From positions 420,561 through 484,560 of the forward strand of contig NW_008246075.1 of the NCBI RefSeq assembly GCF_000281045.1: a DNA stretch of 64,000 nucleotides, read 5' to 3'. Shown piece after piece: positions 11,249-24,606 of this stretch (positions within the stretch are counted from its first letter, which is position 1; the number at the start of each line of letters is the position of its first letter). A program made the translations under genes and the position numbers. The notes below the pieces were generated by a model, which was not told the origin of the DNA, did no database searches, and saw only the letters and a list, made by a program, of their open reading frames with translations. The stretch is from Saprolegnia diclina VS20 (lineage: Eukaryota).

Positions 11249-14200
11249 ATGCCCCCGGCTGACGCCACCGAGTTGGAGGCGGCGATTGAGAGCGCTGCAA
11301 ACAATGCTGTCACCGACGACACCGTCGCCGTCGATGCGAATGATATGACCGACGAGAACCAGCAACGCATCAAAGCCTTTCCGCTAGTCGTGGACCCCGC
11401 GTGGGACGGCGCGGCCTTCACCTCGATGATGCAAACCGACTTGCTTACGTACTCGCTCTCGCTCTCGGTCGCGCCTCTTGCCAAGGCCATCGAGGCCATG
11501 GGTAATTCGCACCATACCAGCCGTCCTGTATCTGCTCGGTAGGCGCTTCGCTCCAGAAACACGACGACACGCTACTGCAGCTACTGCAGTACTGCCGCCA
11601 CCTCGAGACAGAAAACCAAAACGTACGTTGTCTTGAGCGGCAAATTCTCATGCGCGGTGTAGCTGGTGCAGTCTGCGGAAGCGTCCAAGCAGGAGCTCCT
11701 GAGTCACATTGGTGACGTGACCCAAGGCGTGCGCGACGAGCTCCTCGGGCACATGCAGCCGCTGGCAACCAAGACCGAGGCGTTGACCGACGACTTGACG
11801 GCCGCCATAGCGACCATTGCGGACCTCGCAGCCCAAATGCATATCAAAGCCACGGAAGTCACGCCGTCGCTGCCCCCAATCGACCCGGCGATGCCGCAGC
11901 TCGAGCGCATGAAGATGATCGAAGACCGCCTGCGGGAGTGCGTGACAATGCACGGTTTGGACCAGCTCCGCGACGATCTGAGCGCCATGTTGCCGTCGAC
12001 CAGCGGGCTCGCCTCAGCAAATGAGCTCTCAGCGCTCAAGGACGAGGTGGAAGCGTCGCTCCAGAAACAAGCGCTGGCGCTCCAGGAGCAGCTCGCGGCG
12101 CTGCAGACGAGCATTGAGGACGCTGGGAAAGCGGCAAAAGCACCGGCACCGCACCTCCATGAACTCAAGCGTGCGCAGAGCTACAACACGGCGCTGAAAC
12201 CCAGCACGCTCGGCAGTGTGACGCCACCCGTCTCAGCCGCGCCACCGCCACCCGTGGACCTCACCGAGGTGCACCAACGCCTCAACCAAGAGGAAGAGCT
12301 CTTGGAGGCGCTCCGGCAGCAGTACGAAGCGTTGCAAGAGGCCCTTCAGAGCCACGCCGACGACGTGGCTGAGGTTGGTGTTGCGTCGATGGCGTGTTGG
12401 CGCCTTATCATCTATACCGTAGCTCAAGCTGCAGGTGGCCATGACACCCACGGCCGAGCTCTGTACTGCGTTTTGCTATCGACAATCAACTAATACGTGT
12501 CCATAGATGCGCCCCGCACCATGGCGCCCGCCATGACGACAGCGCCCGTGACGAGCGACGTTGTTGACAACGAGATGCAATTGCACCGAAGTCTCCTCGA
12601 CGCCCTCGGGCGCGAAATGACGGACGCACGCACCAAGCACGAGCACGTGGTTCTGCAGCTGCGACGCCTCGATCCGCTGGAGAAACAAGTTCGGGACCTC
12701 GAGGCCGCGCAGCTGATGCTGCAAGGCGACTCGGACGCACATAAAGTACGTGTCTACATGACGCACCGTCGTCATTGCGTCGTAGGCCGGAGCCCATGCG
12801 CTTCAAACGGAGCTTCGCAAAGTCGCCAACGACTTTCGCGCGTTCCAAGATAACCAAGTACCGCGCTTCCGACGCATCAACGTAGAGTTTCACGGTCGAT
12901 GTAGAGCTTGATGCAAAGCTTCTCGGCAGCCACGAAATCGGGCGACGGCGGCGCGGACTTTAGCCAAGTGCTTGGTCGGCTCGCAGAGATGCGCGCGGCG
13001 CAGGACGCTGCCATGGACGACGTCCGCAGCCGCATGGATACGATTTCCGACGACAATGGCGTGACGCAGCAGTGGGTGCACCGGCTCCAGAACGACGCCA
13101 AGTACCTCTTGGAAAAGAACGAGAAGCACGGCGCGCACATCGCCGACTGGATCGAACGCGACGACGACGATCGGCAAATGGCGCTCCGACACATTGAGAC
13201 AGCGCTTCTCAAAGAAAAGGAAGGACTTCAGCGCGCGCTCCAAGCGCAAGAGCGGCTCGGGATCGGGTTCGTCGACTTGCACCAGCACGCGCTCGCGTTG
13301 CGCAAAGACCTCGAGCGACTGGGTACATCCGCCTTTCCTATTTCTATATTTTGAGCTCAGTGTGTACCAGGCGCGGCCGAGGTGCTCTCAGTCAAGCTGC
13401 CCGAGATCCAAGGGCTCCACACTGCATTTGAGCACCTCCTTGTGCAAGTGCCACCGCTCATCGCTATGCCCGCGCTGCTCAAAGACTCGTTGGCGCGCCT
13501 TGGCAACGACATTGAAGCCGCGCATCTTCCATCGGACGTAGGGTTTGCGGACAACTTGTCCGCTCTACTCTGAGCATGTATAGGACACGACAACGCTCCA
13601 AGACAAAGTCACAAGCCTTCTCCAGCTGCTCAATACGCTCGAGCAACACAACACTGACATGACGACGCAGAACGAGCTCGCGAAAAACAATGTATCAATG
13701 TATCAAGTTGACGCCGATGCACCCCGTATTAGATGGACGACCTCTTCCAGCTCTGGAACTCCAAGATGCACGTCGATATGCTTCAAAAGTACACGCAGCT
13801 CGTTAAGGAGCTGCGGGATATGGCGCGGAACGGCCGGTCCCCCAGTGTGCACCCGTCTTCGGGTCCAGTCCTCGTCGATCTAAACTTGTTGCTGACAGCA
13901 AGGATATCGTAGCTAGTTCACCATCCCGGTCGGGTGATGGCCCCGTGGATGCCAAGATGTTTGACACCAAGCTCATTGGGACGAACCGCCGACTGGCCGA
14001 GATCGAGGATACGCTCCGCGCGATGAGCCGGAACCTCGTGTCGTACCGGACCGACCTTAGCGACAAGGTCACTGCCAGCAACCTCGCCAAACTCAAAGTA
14101 CGATACACGTCTTGTCGTATTTGAGTTGTAGAGTCGTGACCTTTAGTTTCAAGTGTTCTCGGAGCTCGCCAAGATCCATGCCGTGCTCGGCTCGGCGCGC

Positions 14201-15293
14201 TTCAATTCGACGGGCGCGGGCACGACGGTGGTTTGCGACGACGCCGACATCAAGTCCAACCTCGACGCGCAAGCCGAGCTCATTGCCAGTCTCTGCTCCG
14301 ACCTCAAGCAGGTGCTCCAATATACCGCCCATAATGGTGTTACGTTTCTGCAGTCGCTCTCGGAGAAGCCGTCCGATGACAAGACGGTTCTCTCCCGCCT
14401 CGGCCACGACGACGACCAGTTCAGCTCCAAGTTGGAGAGCATCACGGACAAGGTGGCCGAGATGTTTGTCAACCTCGAAGGTCCTGTAAATGACATGCTG
14501 TACACACAATATCATCCAACGAGTAGCCAATCGCAACGCGACGCAGCCGCGGCACGCAATCCCGACGTACAACCCCGCGCAGATGCTCGACAGTTTTGCC
14601 CAAAACATCGAAGCCAAGCTCGCCGAGTCCCAAAACCTCACGAAACTGGTGCACTTGTTGTATCGACCTGTCCACGTTTCAACGGGGTGGTAGCAAATCG
14701 AGAGCATCAAGAACGAACTCAACGACGTAATTCGCTTCCGCGTGGCCAAAGCTCTCGAGTCAATTCGAGAGAACCTCCCGATCGGCGAAGAAACCACGGC
14801 GGGTACAATCTTTATGCACTAAAAGCGCGCCAACGTGGGCGTAGGCGGGAGCAAACCGGTCATTTGCATTGCGTGCAGTCGCCCCGTGCGCGTCGAGCCC
14901 CATGTTCATGGTCCCAACCCTCACAGAGTCTCTGTGGCATTTACCACATGATTTAGAAACCGTCCATGATCGGCTGCCGATGGAGCCGATTCTCAAAGTC
15001 CCCCACGACCCCGTCTTGGTATGTGTTGCTGTCTTCTGCGTCTCTTATCGGCTTCTTAGGAAGCGCTGACGGACCAAATGGGCGACGACTACCACGTCTA
15101 CCGCGCAGGGTTTCGAATGCCGCAGCACGAAAAGTACATGTATCCTACGCATATTCTTGAGCTATATAACGTTGCGGCTAGGCGGGCGGGGCCAGGCAAG
15201 AGTGTGCTCCCGCTATTATCGTCCAACCCATCGTCGCCGACTTCCCCAGTCAAGCGCGTCAAGAAGAAGACGCACGAGGCGGCACCGAGTTAG
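11249..15293 (+). CDS. Large multi-exon coiled-coil protein with C-terminal CIACSRPV motif (DUF4795/QRICH2-like), paralog 1
   Basis: Many coiled-coil exons. C-terminal exons (DDADIK..LDAQAE.IA.LC, NPAQMLDSFAQ.IEAKLAE, CIACSRPV, VYRAGFRMP) are shared with the downstream gene. Confidence 0.65.
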
Positions 15294-15592
15294 TTGCGAT
15301 AACGAGCAAAGTGTGGTCATTGTGTTGCTGATGTGATCCGTTCAACGTTGTCGATGGCACGACACCGCAATAAGATCTGGTATTTCCATGACGCCAGTGC
15401 CCCTACGTACGCCTCGAAAGCTTAGACTTTGACGAATGGCTCGTGGTCGCGTCTGGACTTTTGCCCATGCCAAGATTGTACTTGCTTGTCCAGCTGCGAC
15501 GTCGGGGCTGTTGTTAAAGTCGTGATGGCGTTTCGTGCTCGACTAGGAACGACGCTCAATTTAGTTGAAAAACGTCCGAGTAAGTAGTGTGC

Positions 15593-18500
15593 ATGGCCTA
15601 CCCTTTGGACGCCGATGGCGGCGGCAAGTGGAATGGCGACGCGTTTGCATCGAGCCTGGGAGCCGACTTGCTGACGTTCTCCGTGGCGCCGCTCACGCAC
15701 GTCATGAAGACAGTCGGCTCGACGCTGCAGCAACACGACACGCTCTTGGACGAACTCGCAGCTGCGCTTGCCAAGCTCCAGCACCTCCAGCAGGAGGTAC
15801 CCATCACAATATTACGTGCGACGTAAAAATCGGGCATTGGACATAGACAAACCAAACACTCGTTCAAGTAAAAGCCAACGACCCGAGCGCGATTCGTGAC
15901 GAAGTCCTCGAGATGGTCGACGGCCTCCAAAAGCGTATCGAGAGCTCCGAAGCCGACATTGCGCAGGCGGCCGCGCTCAGCAACGCGCTCGGCGGGAAAG
16001 TTGCCATCATTGAAGAGCACGAGGCCAAGCTGGACGGCGTCGAAGCCAACGTCCAGGACCTCGCATCCAAAGTCGATCACATGTCGGCGCGCATGAGCGA
16101 CTTTTTACTCCCGAACGCACTCGAAGGTCTCAAAGCCCAGATTCTTGACGAGCTCCAAGACGAGATTCTCGCACACATCCGGGCAGAAATTGGCGCACGG
16201 AGATCGTCCAAGCCGGCACCCTCCTTGGGGTCCAACGGCTCGGATCTCCACACCGAAGAGAGTACAAATGACGCGAGCGCCAGCACCATGGAGGCTACCA
16301 CGCTCGGCAACATCCCAGACAACGAGAGTGACGACGATGACGATGAGGTTGAAGTCGAAAACAATGCCAGCAGCAACGAAGGGTCTCAGGGTACTGACGA
16401 CAGTGTCAAGGCAACCGAGCAGACATCAGTGCACGTGGCACCAGCGAAACAAGAACTCGAGACCTCGGACATGGCCACGACCTTGGTCCCCGCGGCGACG
16501 CGTCACGGATCCCGTCGGGCCACGGGGGTGCGCTTGTCCTTGAAAACGGGGCCGGCGACAGATGAGCTCGAGACGCAGCTTCGGGAGCTCAACGCCCGCG
16601 TCGCCCGCGCCGAGCGCGATCGCGAGGACGTGCTGGAACGAATGGCGCAGCTGCAGCAGTCGGTGACGCACGAGTTGCGCGAGGTGAGCGGGCGCCCGCC
16701 GACGTTTGCCTCGCCGGCGGTTTTGGAGCCCAAGGCACCCACCGAGCGTATGTTATTATGACTCGTGTTGCTTCTAACGGGATGTATAGTCGTCAATGCA
16801 GCGTACGAGACGGCGTTGGAGACGCAGCTGGCCAAGATTATGGAGCTGACCAAGCAGTTACAAGCGCTGCAGGGCAGTGTATCGACTAACGCGGAGGGTG
16901 TGGATGCCAACAAAGTACGAAGGCCTCTACCTAGCGGTAGGGTGGGTTCATAAATAGAGCGTAGACTGCCATCAAGGCAACCCAAGACGACTTGCGCAAG
17001 CTTCGTCGCCAAGTAGATGAATTTCAGGAAACCCAGGTGCCGACCGCCAAGTTGGCTACAACTCATGCCATGCGTAGCAACTCATGCAAAGCTTTGCCCC
17101 AGCATCCTCGTCGTCGACGTCGTCGGGCGAGCCGTCCGGAACGTCCGCCGTCGGTGGTGGCCCCGACCTCTCGATGGTGTTTGCCAAGCTCGCCGAAATG
17201 CGTCAAGCCCAGGTCGCTGCCTCAGAAGAGCTGCGCGAGGCCCTCGACACGGTGGTGGAGAAGAGCGCCGACCAAGGCCGGGAGATGCACAAGTGGGTCG
17301 AAGCCGTCCAGAGACTGGGGGCTGCCAGCGTCGGGCACGTTGACGCCGAGGCGCGAAAACTCAAGGAAACCCTCCAGCGCCAACTGCACCAACAAGCCGA
17401 GCTCATATCGAGTGTAAACGAATGGCTACCCCTCGGCCACGACATCCACCACGATCTGCACCACCCCGGTACGACGATGTTTATCCTACGGATTATATCA
17501 CGAGTGGTGCAGACGGCCGAAGCCCCGCGAGCCGCATTGCAGAGTTGCAAAATCTCGCGCGGCAGTACCACTTGATCGCGCCGGCAGTCATGACGCTCGT
17601 GGCCGCCCCCGGCGCGCACCAAACGACGCTCTTACGACTGCGACATGCGCTTGTGGACGCTCCCGACGGCGCGGAGAAAATCGCGACGTCCGATTTACTT
17701 CAAGCAGCGACGCACGATGTGTCGGCACTCGACAAGGCCAACGAGACGCTACTGCGCGCATATGACCAGGCGCGCGTCATGGTGACTCGTCGCGCCTGTC
17801 TCATTTCTCATGTATTTGGTGACGTAGATTGACGAGCTATGGAGTGATTGGTACGACAAGCAGCACAGCGATACCCGCCAAATGCAGGACCAGCTCGCAA
17901 AAGACGTGGTCGACTTGCGCCAGATACAGCAAGTGCTTGCACGCCCGGCGGCACCGAGCGGCAGCAACGGTATCACTTTCATTTTGCAAGATAGCGGGAT
18001 AATGTTGGTGCTGTAGTTCCCAAGGAGTCGGAGCGCAAGGCGAGTCATGTCGCGGTTGGCGTGCTCGACAATGCAGGATCGCTGAGCGGACACCACAACG
18101 AAGCGCTCAAGAAGATGGAGCAGCTTCTTTTGACGGCTCAGCGCCGCATGGACGGGTTCGAAGACGACCTGCGTGTGCTGAGCCGCAACGTGCTCGCGTA
18201 CCGCAACGACCTCGCCGACAAGGTCACGGAGGGCCACCTCGCCAAGCTTCGGGTGCCCCAGCATTCATCTCCCACATCCTAAATCCATATATTGTAGTTT
18301 CAAATTTACTCGGAGCTCGCCAAGATCCACACCTTCATGGGGTCGTCCAAGTTTTCGGCGCCACCGAAAATGAGTATCGAGCACCTGCCCGTGTACGATG
18401 ACGCCGACATCAAGGGCACGCTCGACGCCCAGGCCGAGATGATCGCCAAGCTTTGCGCCGAGCTGAAAAAAGTAGGTCGACGTGTAAAGTGGACACCGTG

Positions 18501-19551
18501 TCCACGCAAGATACGTAGGAAAAAGACGACCGCGAGCGGGAGCTTCGGGACAAGGAAAGCGCGCGCGACCCTGGCACAGACGCAGAGCTCAACAAGATCT
18601 CGGCCGAGACCGACCGGTTCAACACGCGCCTCGAGAGCATCACGGAGAAGGTCGCGGAAATGTTCGTATCGTTGGAAGTCAACCGGTCGGCAACGCAGCC
18701 GCGGCACACGATTCCCATCTTCAACCCCGCGCAGATGCTCGACTCATTCGCGCAGACGATCGAGGCCAAGCTTGCCGAAACGCAGGACCTCACAAAGAAG
18801 GTAGTTTGCGGTCGTTTTTGGCTTCAAACATACGTTCTTAGGACATTGAGCGCATCCGCGCTGAGCTCGGCGACAACGTCCGCGCGCGCGTGCGCCGGGC
18901 GATGGAGTCGCTCAAGGATCAGATGCCGTCAGGCTTGGACAGCGCTGCGACGACCGCCGTTGGCACGGTGTGCTGCATTGCGTGCAGTCGCCCCGTGCGC
19001 TTTGACGTCTCGACCGGCGGTTCTCTCATGATGGAAATGGTGAAGAAGCTCACGCCTGCTAGATGTGGTCCGCGAGGTTCCGGGTGACATGCTGGGGCTA
19101 CCCCATCACCACGACGACGAGGTGCGATGACTACTCTGCCCAATGGCTATCTCAAGTGCACAAAGGAAACGGGGGACCGCGACGATCCGGAATTTGTGTA
19201 CCGCGCGGGCTTTCGAATGCCAGTCAACGACAAGTATATCGTTAGTGTCGCCAAGGTCTAGGGTTAACCGGTGCTACGTAGGAAAAACATTCTGCCGCTG
19301 CTCGTTTCGCCGCGGCTACCAGCCAAAGGCCGGCTCGAGAAGCCCAAAGGCAGACGCCTTGTCAAGAAAGATACCAATCGCGTCGACTCGCTACTCCGAG
19401 AGGTCATCTCATTCGACAAGTCATGCGTTCTGACCGTGTTTAGGTCGACGAGTTGGATCAGTCGGCGATGACAATGACGGAGCGACCCGCCAAGTCCATC
19501 GACAAGAAGGCGATTGAGGCGAGGAGACCCATTGCGCCCGCGCGGCCCTGA
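15593..19551 (+). CDS. Large multi-exon coiled-coil protein with C-terminal CIACSRPV motif, paralog 2
   Basis: Homologous N-terminus (YPL..W.GDAF...DLLT.SVAPL) and C-terminal exons to 11249-15293. Ends are approximate. Confidence 0.65.
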
Positions 19552-20532
19552 CGTGTGTAGAATAACAATGACCACCATGACCATCACTGAGCATACCTTG
19601 TTGCAGCCCTCTGCCCATCGAGCGTCATCAAGGGTCCGTATACAGTTTATTAACCCTTGTCTTCGTGGACCCTCCAGCATCCCATACGCTTCGAGTGGAG
19701 CTGTGCGGCAGCATAAGTTCCCTTGGGCAGCACTAAGTTCTCTGAGGGGCTTACGTGTTCATCGCTTGCAGACTCGATGGCTTATGCAGACAACCGTTTG
19801 AAAAGCTGCGATGGGAACAACACTTGCGGCTAGTTTAGTTATATTAGTAAACGGACATCCTACGCTACTAAAATTTCAATATAGGATTCGTCAGGCAGAA
19901 ATCTCTTGGAACTCATCGATCGAGGTTGTCCCCGATACTCCCATAATATTTAGGTAATCACTCGAATCCGTAGTTCTACTCATTGCTTGGTCGACTACTA
20001 CACTAGTATGTGCAACGATTATTCTGGACTGACCCAGTTGGAGCGAAATGCTGCCCAGCTGTGGACGCTGGACCAGTCATTCGATTCGAGCGCGCTCATT
20101 GGTGGACTTCAAACCGGAAAATTTCCGGAGACGGGCAAGGGCGCGCATTGGCTGAAATCCAACCAATAAGATGCACCTACAAGTCTCGCTAAAGTACGGT
20201 TGTCACTTGGGTTGCCGCTAGCAGCTGGATTTGCAAAGCCTTCACAAGCTAAAAACACCCCACTCGTCTGGCGAGCCCCACGTTGGGGTGGTTGCACCGA
20301 CCCACAAGCACAACTAAAACTGAGCCCCTACCTGTGCGCAAGATAGACACATTCAACCACAGCATCCGAGCAGAAAGGTCCCACCATTACCGTAGGTGGC
20401 CCGTCGTCGAGAAGTAAAGTCGCGTCGGATAAGAGCGTCCTTGTGAATATCGCCGGACTTCGTGTGAATTTGGTGAAAAACAGTTCTAATTCGACGTCAC
20501 TTTGCCTTTGGCTGAATCCAAGAAAGATCACC

Positions 20533-21000
20533 ATGTCGTCGATTGATGCGCGTCTTGCGGAACTCGGGTACGTCCTCCCCGAGGTGACAACGCCCAAGGG
20601 TAACTACAAGCTTGCGGTGCGCTCGGGCAACCAGATCTTCACGGCGGGCCACATCCCGACGAACGCCAATGGCGAGCTCATCACGGGCAAGGTCGGCCAG
20701 GACGTCACGATCGAAGCTGCGTACGAGGCGGCGCACTTTGTGGCGCTCTCGCTTCTCGCGACGATCAAGGCCGAACTCGGCGGCGACCTGAGCAAGGTCA
20801 AGCGCATCGTCAAGACGATGGGCTTTGTCAACTGCGTCGATGGCTTTGCGAACCAGGCCTCGGTCATCAACGGCTGCTCCGATACGTTTGCCAAGGTCTT
20901 TGGCGACCACGGCGTCGGCGCCCGCTCGGCTGTCGGAACGAACGCGCTCCCGCTCAACGTCCCCGTCGAGATTGAGATAATTGTCGAGATCGAGGCGTAA
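20533..21000 (+). CDS. RidA/YjgF/YER057c/UK114 family protein (Rid1-like)
   Basis: IDARLAELGYVLP, GNQIFTAGHIP, VINGCSD, GARSAVG..ALPLNVPVEIE. Intronless. Confidence 0.92.
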   Translation: MSSIDARLAELGYVLPEVTTPKGNYKLAVRSGNQIFTAGHIPTNANGELITGKVGQDVTIEAAYEAAHFVALSLLATIKAELGGDLSKVKRIVKTMGFVNCVDGFANQASVINGCSDTFAKVFGDHGVGARSAVGTNALPLNVPVEIEIIVEIEA

Positions 21001-21545
21001 GCACACGCATCAATGCACTTTGCTGTCTCTTTGTATTCGCGAGCGTATTGCCTTCCATTGTCATGCTGGCCACAGGAATGATCCGACCCACCGTGCACCA
21101 TCATGGCGCATGCACCGCTCCGCCTTGGGTGAGGCCTACGTAACATGATCGCCTAAGTACTGGAGAGTTGCTCTCAAGGACGCATATACTAGAGCTGCTA
21201 GGCGTAGCCGCAAGCGTAGCCTCCCAATAGACAACCGCTCGAGCAAGCTTGTATCTTGGAAGCATACGCCTGTCGCGATCTTCTCGCAGTGTTTGAAGCG
21301 AGCCCGCAGCTCGAGCATCTGGTGCGCCCTCTGCCTCGCCGTTTGAAGGACCCCCTACCGTGCCTTGGGACCTCCATACATTGGAAATTCAATACGTTTA
21401 ATACAAATCTAAAGCTATTTGAATGTTTTGAATCTCGAATCGGCATCTATGTTCTTTATTTTATTAGTAGGACCCCCACAGGTTTCGAAGCTTCCACTCG
21501 TGCCAAAGACTTTTCATTGCGATGCACCCGGAAGGACCTGGCCCG

Positions 21546-22313
21546 ATGGACGAGCTGGACCGCGAGCTGGAGACGCTGCAGCACAAGGCCATGAGCGATG
21601 GCTCGGACGAAGAACTCCTCACGGACGTCGGCTTCATGTTTGACGACTGCCTTGAAAAGGTCACGTGCGAGTTTGCGTATGGTACGAGCTCCAGTGGCGC
21701 GCCGCGCGTCAGCGTCATGCTGAGCTACGTGCAGGATAACCCGGGCTTTGTGCAGTCGGGACACTACGTGTGGCCTGCTGCGCCCGCGCTTTGCGAGTAC
21801 ATGGTGACGAACTTTGAGTCGCTGCCGCGCGGCAACGTGGTTGAGCTTGGCGCCGGCTGCGGCCTCGCGGGCCTCGTCTTTGCCCAGCTGGACCCGGCGT
21901 CGCGCATCATCTTTACGGACCACGACCCGGGCGTCCTCAAGACGATCGAGCACAACGTGACGATGCAGACGCACCGCGCGCAAGCCACGTGCCATACCCA
22001 GAGTCTGCGATGGGGGCCGGAAGGCGCCAACGAGATTGAGGCCATCGAGCGCGTCCAGAGCGGACAGCGCGCGACCGATCTCATTGTCGGTACGGACGTC
22101 ATCTACGCGCGAGAGATTGTGGGTCTGCTCTTCTGGACCATCGACCGACTTTTGGCGAGCAGCGGCCTCTTCCTCATGTGCTCAAGCTTTTGCTACGACG
22201 ATGAGACCGAAGCCGAGATCGATTTCATGTGCACACAGTACAAGCTTACGCGCCGAATCATCTCGTGCGCGCTCCCGACTGGCACGCGCATCCAAATCTT
22301 CACGCGTCAATAG
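21546..22313 (+). CDS. METTL21/Efm-type seven-beta-strand protein methyltransferase
   Basis: SGHYVWPAAPAL, VVELGAGCGLAG, FTD, LRWG, DLIVGTDVIY. Confidence 0.9.
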   Translation: MDELDRELETLQHKAMSDGSDEELLTDVGFMFDDCLEKVTCEFAYGTSSSGAPRVSVMLSYVQDNPGFVQSGHYVWPAAPALCEYMVTNFESLPRGNVVELGAGCGLAGLVFAQLDPASRIIFTDHDPGVLKTIEHNVTMQTHRAQATCHTQSLRWGPEGANEIEAIERVQSGQRATDLIVGTDVIYAREIVGLLFWTIDRLLASSGLFLMCSSFCYDDETEAEIDFMCTQYKLTRRIISCALPTGTRIQIFTRQ

Positions 22314-22360
22314 ATTTAAACCTTGTCAAATTGATGTACAGCCACTGCAATTCAAGTCGG

Positions 22361-23035
22361 TTAGTGCGCAAACTGGTACAATTTGTGCTCTTGGATGTAC
22401 GCAAGCACTTGGGGGAAGAGGAGCCGACGGAGCTCGTCATCCGACGTCGCACTGCGCGCTTGCGTCGAGGACGAGTCGTCTAGGATCGGGACGTGCACGT
22501 ACGAGACGCGATCGCTCGTTGGCGAGCGCAGCGCGATACCTTCGCGGGCAATCACCACGATACGGACGGCGTCGAGGAGGCGCAGGCCTCCTTTCCACTT
22601 GCCCTGGATAAGGTCGTTGTACGTGTCGGCGCCAAGCAACAGCGAGAATTCAACGTCTGGGTGCTGCGCCTGCAAATGGGTCACAATGTCGATCGACCCA
22701 ATGCGGATCGAACTCGGATCCACGCTCGTGTCTTGGAGCGCGAGGTCCCACACGTCCTTCTCCGTTTCCTTGACGCATGCCTTGTGGGCTAGTGAGATGT
22801 GAGAGTTTTGCAATCATAGAGGCTGTGTACGCTGGCTCAGCGACTGGAATGCGAGGCGAAGCAGGTTGAGGCGGTGCTCGAACGGCGCGAGGTTGCGCTT
22901 GCTGCTGTAGATGTGCTGGTACACGGGTAGCACCCACACTTGGTCGAACTGCGACGAGAAGAACTCGACGATGCCCGTGTGGCCGCCCATGCCGCAGGGT
23001 GGGTTGGCCGACGTCCCGTACAAGAGCACTCGCAT
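22361..23035 (-). CDS. nadD: Nicotinate/nicotinamide nucleotide adenylyltransferase (NadD-like), one intron
   Basis: LLYGTSANPP..GH, LAPFEHR, LLLGAD, SSTQAR, VLAYIQEHKLY. Confidence 0.8.
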
Positions 23036-23253
23036 ATTGCCACCTTGTCGCCTTGTTGAAAATGCAAGCAACGAAAATGGCGGCAGCCTCAACCGGATAA
23101 TCGAGGGTGTACGGATACTCAAAGTCCACACCGCTGAACATACACTATTCACTAAACATATGATATAGTGTATGACAAGTGTCAAAAGTTGTGAAATAGA
23201 GTAGCACACAGTATTTCCGGTTATTCAAAACTTGCATTTCGGCGGCAAAGGAC

Positions 23254-24483
23254 ATGGCGAGCGCCAAGCTGCGACGGGTGTTCCTCCCGACGCTGGACCG
23301 GCGCGTGGCCCGCGCGAGCATGCAGATCTATAGCGCGACTTCCATGACCGATGTGTACCTCAGCCGCGCCGACATTGGAGAGCAGTGGATCGTCGTCTCC
23401 AACCCCGGCACATATGACATTGACCTCTCGGGCTACACGCTCGCCAACGAGAATGGCAGTCGCATCTTCCGCTTCCCGCGCCACTACATCATCTTTGCCG
23501 GCGAAGAGACTACCGTGTGGTGCACGCCCGGCGCGACGGCCTTTAACCCACGCGCTCTCCGAGAGCCGTACCTGCTCTGGACACAGCCCAACGGGTCCTT
23601 GGCCGACGCGCCCTTTTTCAACCAAAACGCCGCACTGCACGACGTCGTGCTCCTAGACCCTTACTTGTCAGAAGTCGCGTCGCTGCAGATCACAGCGTCC
23701 GGGCACAAGACGTTCCGCGTCCGGCAATGTCGCGCGCCGGCGAACGGCGCCTACGTCTTTGCCCGCTACCGCAACGTCTCGTCGGATGCGTCGTCCGTGG
23801 CCCACATCATCGCTGTCGCTATGACCCCCGTGGTACTATTATCGTTCTCTGGCAATCCATAGCTCACCCGATGCATTTGCTTGTATTAGTTGGAGATGGC
23901 GCGCCTCTGGTTCCTCATGACGCTGCTCCTACAAGTGCACTGGGTCCCCGCCTCGACGGAGCCACACCTGCTTGTGTACGCCTTTGTGTGTGATATTGCA
24001 GCCCGCGTTGCGAGTCTCTTTCTCCAGCATGCCTCGCTTGCCTCGTTCCTTGCGCAGACGTCGATGGGCATCGACCAGCTGCACGTCGTCGTCGTCTACC
24101 TCGCCTTGTCGACTGTGTACCCCGCAATACCAATCTTCCGCACGCTCATGACGGCCGAGCTCACGGCCAACTTTGTGGGTCTTCTCGGCGCGGACCGCGT
24201 CGCGTACCAGTCGCGCTGGCACCCGATGCACATGATGCTCGAGGGTGCGATTTACATCCACCCACACATCTTTGCGGCATGCTATCTCGCCAAGGAAGGT
24301 CTGGTATATATGCTATTCCTCAAGGCGACACTGCCATCAACGAGCGCTGCCATGACCGCGCTCATGTATCTCTGCGTACCGCTCTTCGCCGTGAGTACCG
24401 CCATCTCGATCGCGCGAGGTGCCACAGTGGCTCTACACCTGGCCGACTTGTCCCTAGCTCGTCTGCGGTACGGTCCGCCATGA
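23254..24483 (+). CDS. Lamin-tail-domain protein with C-terminal multi-TM region resembling a degenerate phosphatidylinositol synthase
   Basis: WIVVSN..IDLSGYTL..FRFP..AGEETTVW is LTD-like. Second exon is hydrophobic with a PIS-like C-terminus. One intron at ~23830-23890. Confidence 0.7.
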
Positions 24484-24606
24484 GGGCGGCGTCGCGGGCT
24501 GCACGGGGCATTCCATGTCAAACCAGATAAGAAACACCTCGCTTTCGGTCGCAAGGTCATCGTATTACAAGTATAAAGGCGGGGTATGGCCGCGGTAGGA
24601 AGGCGC

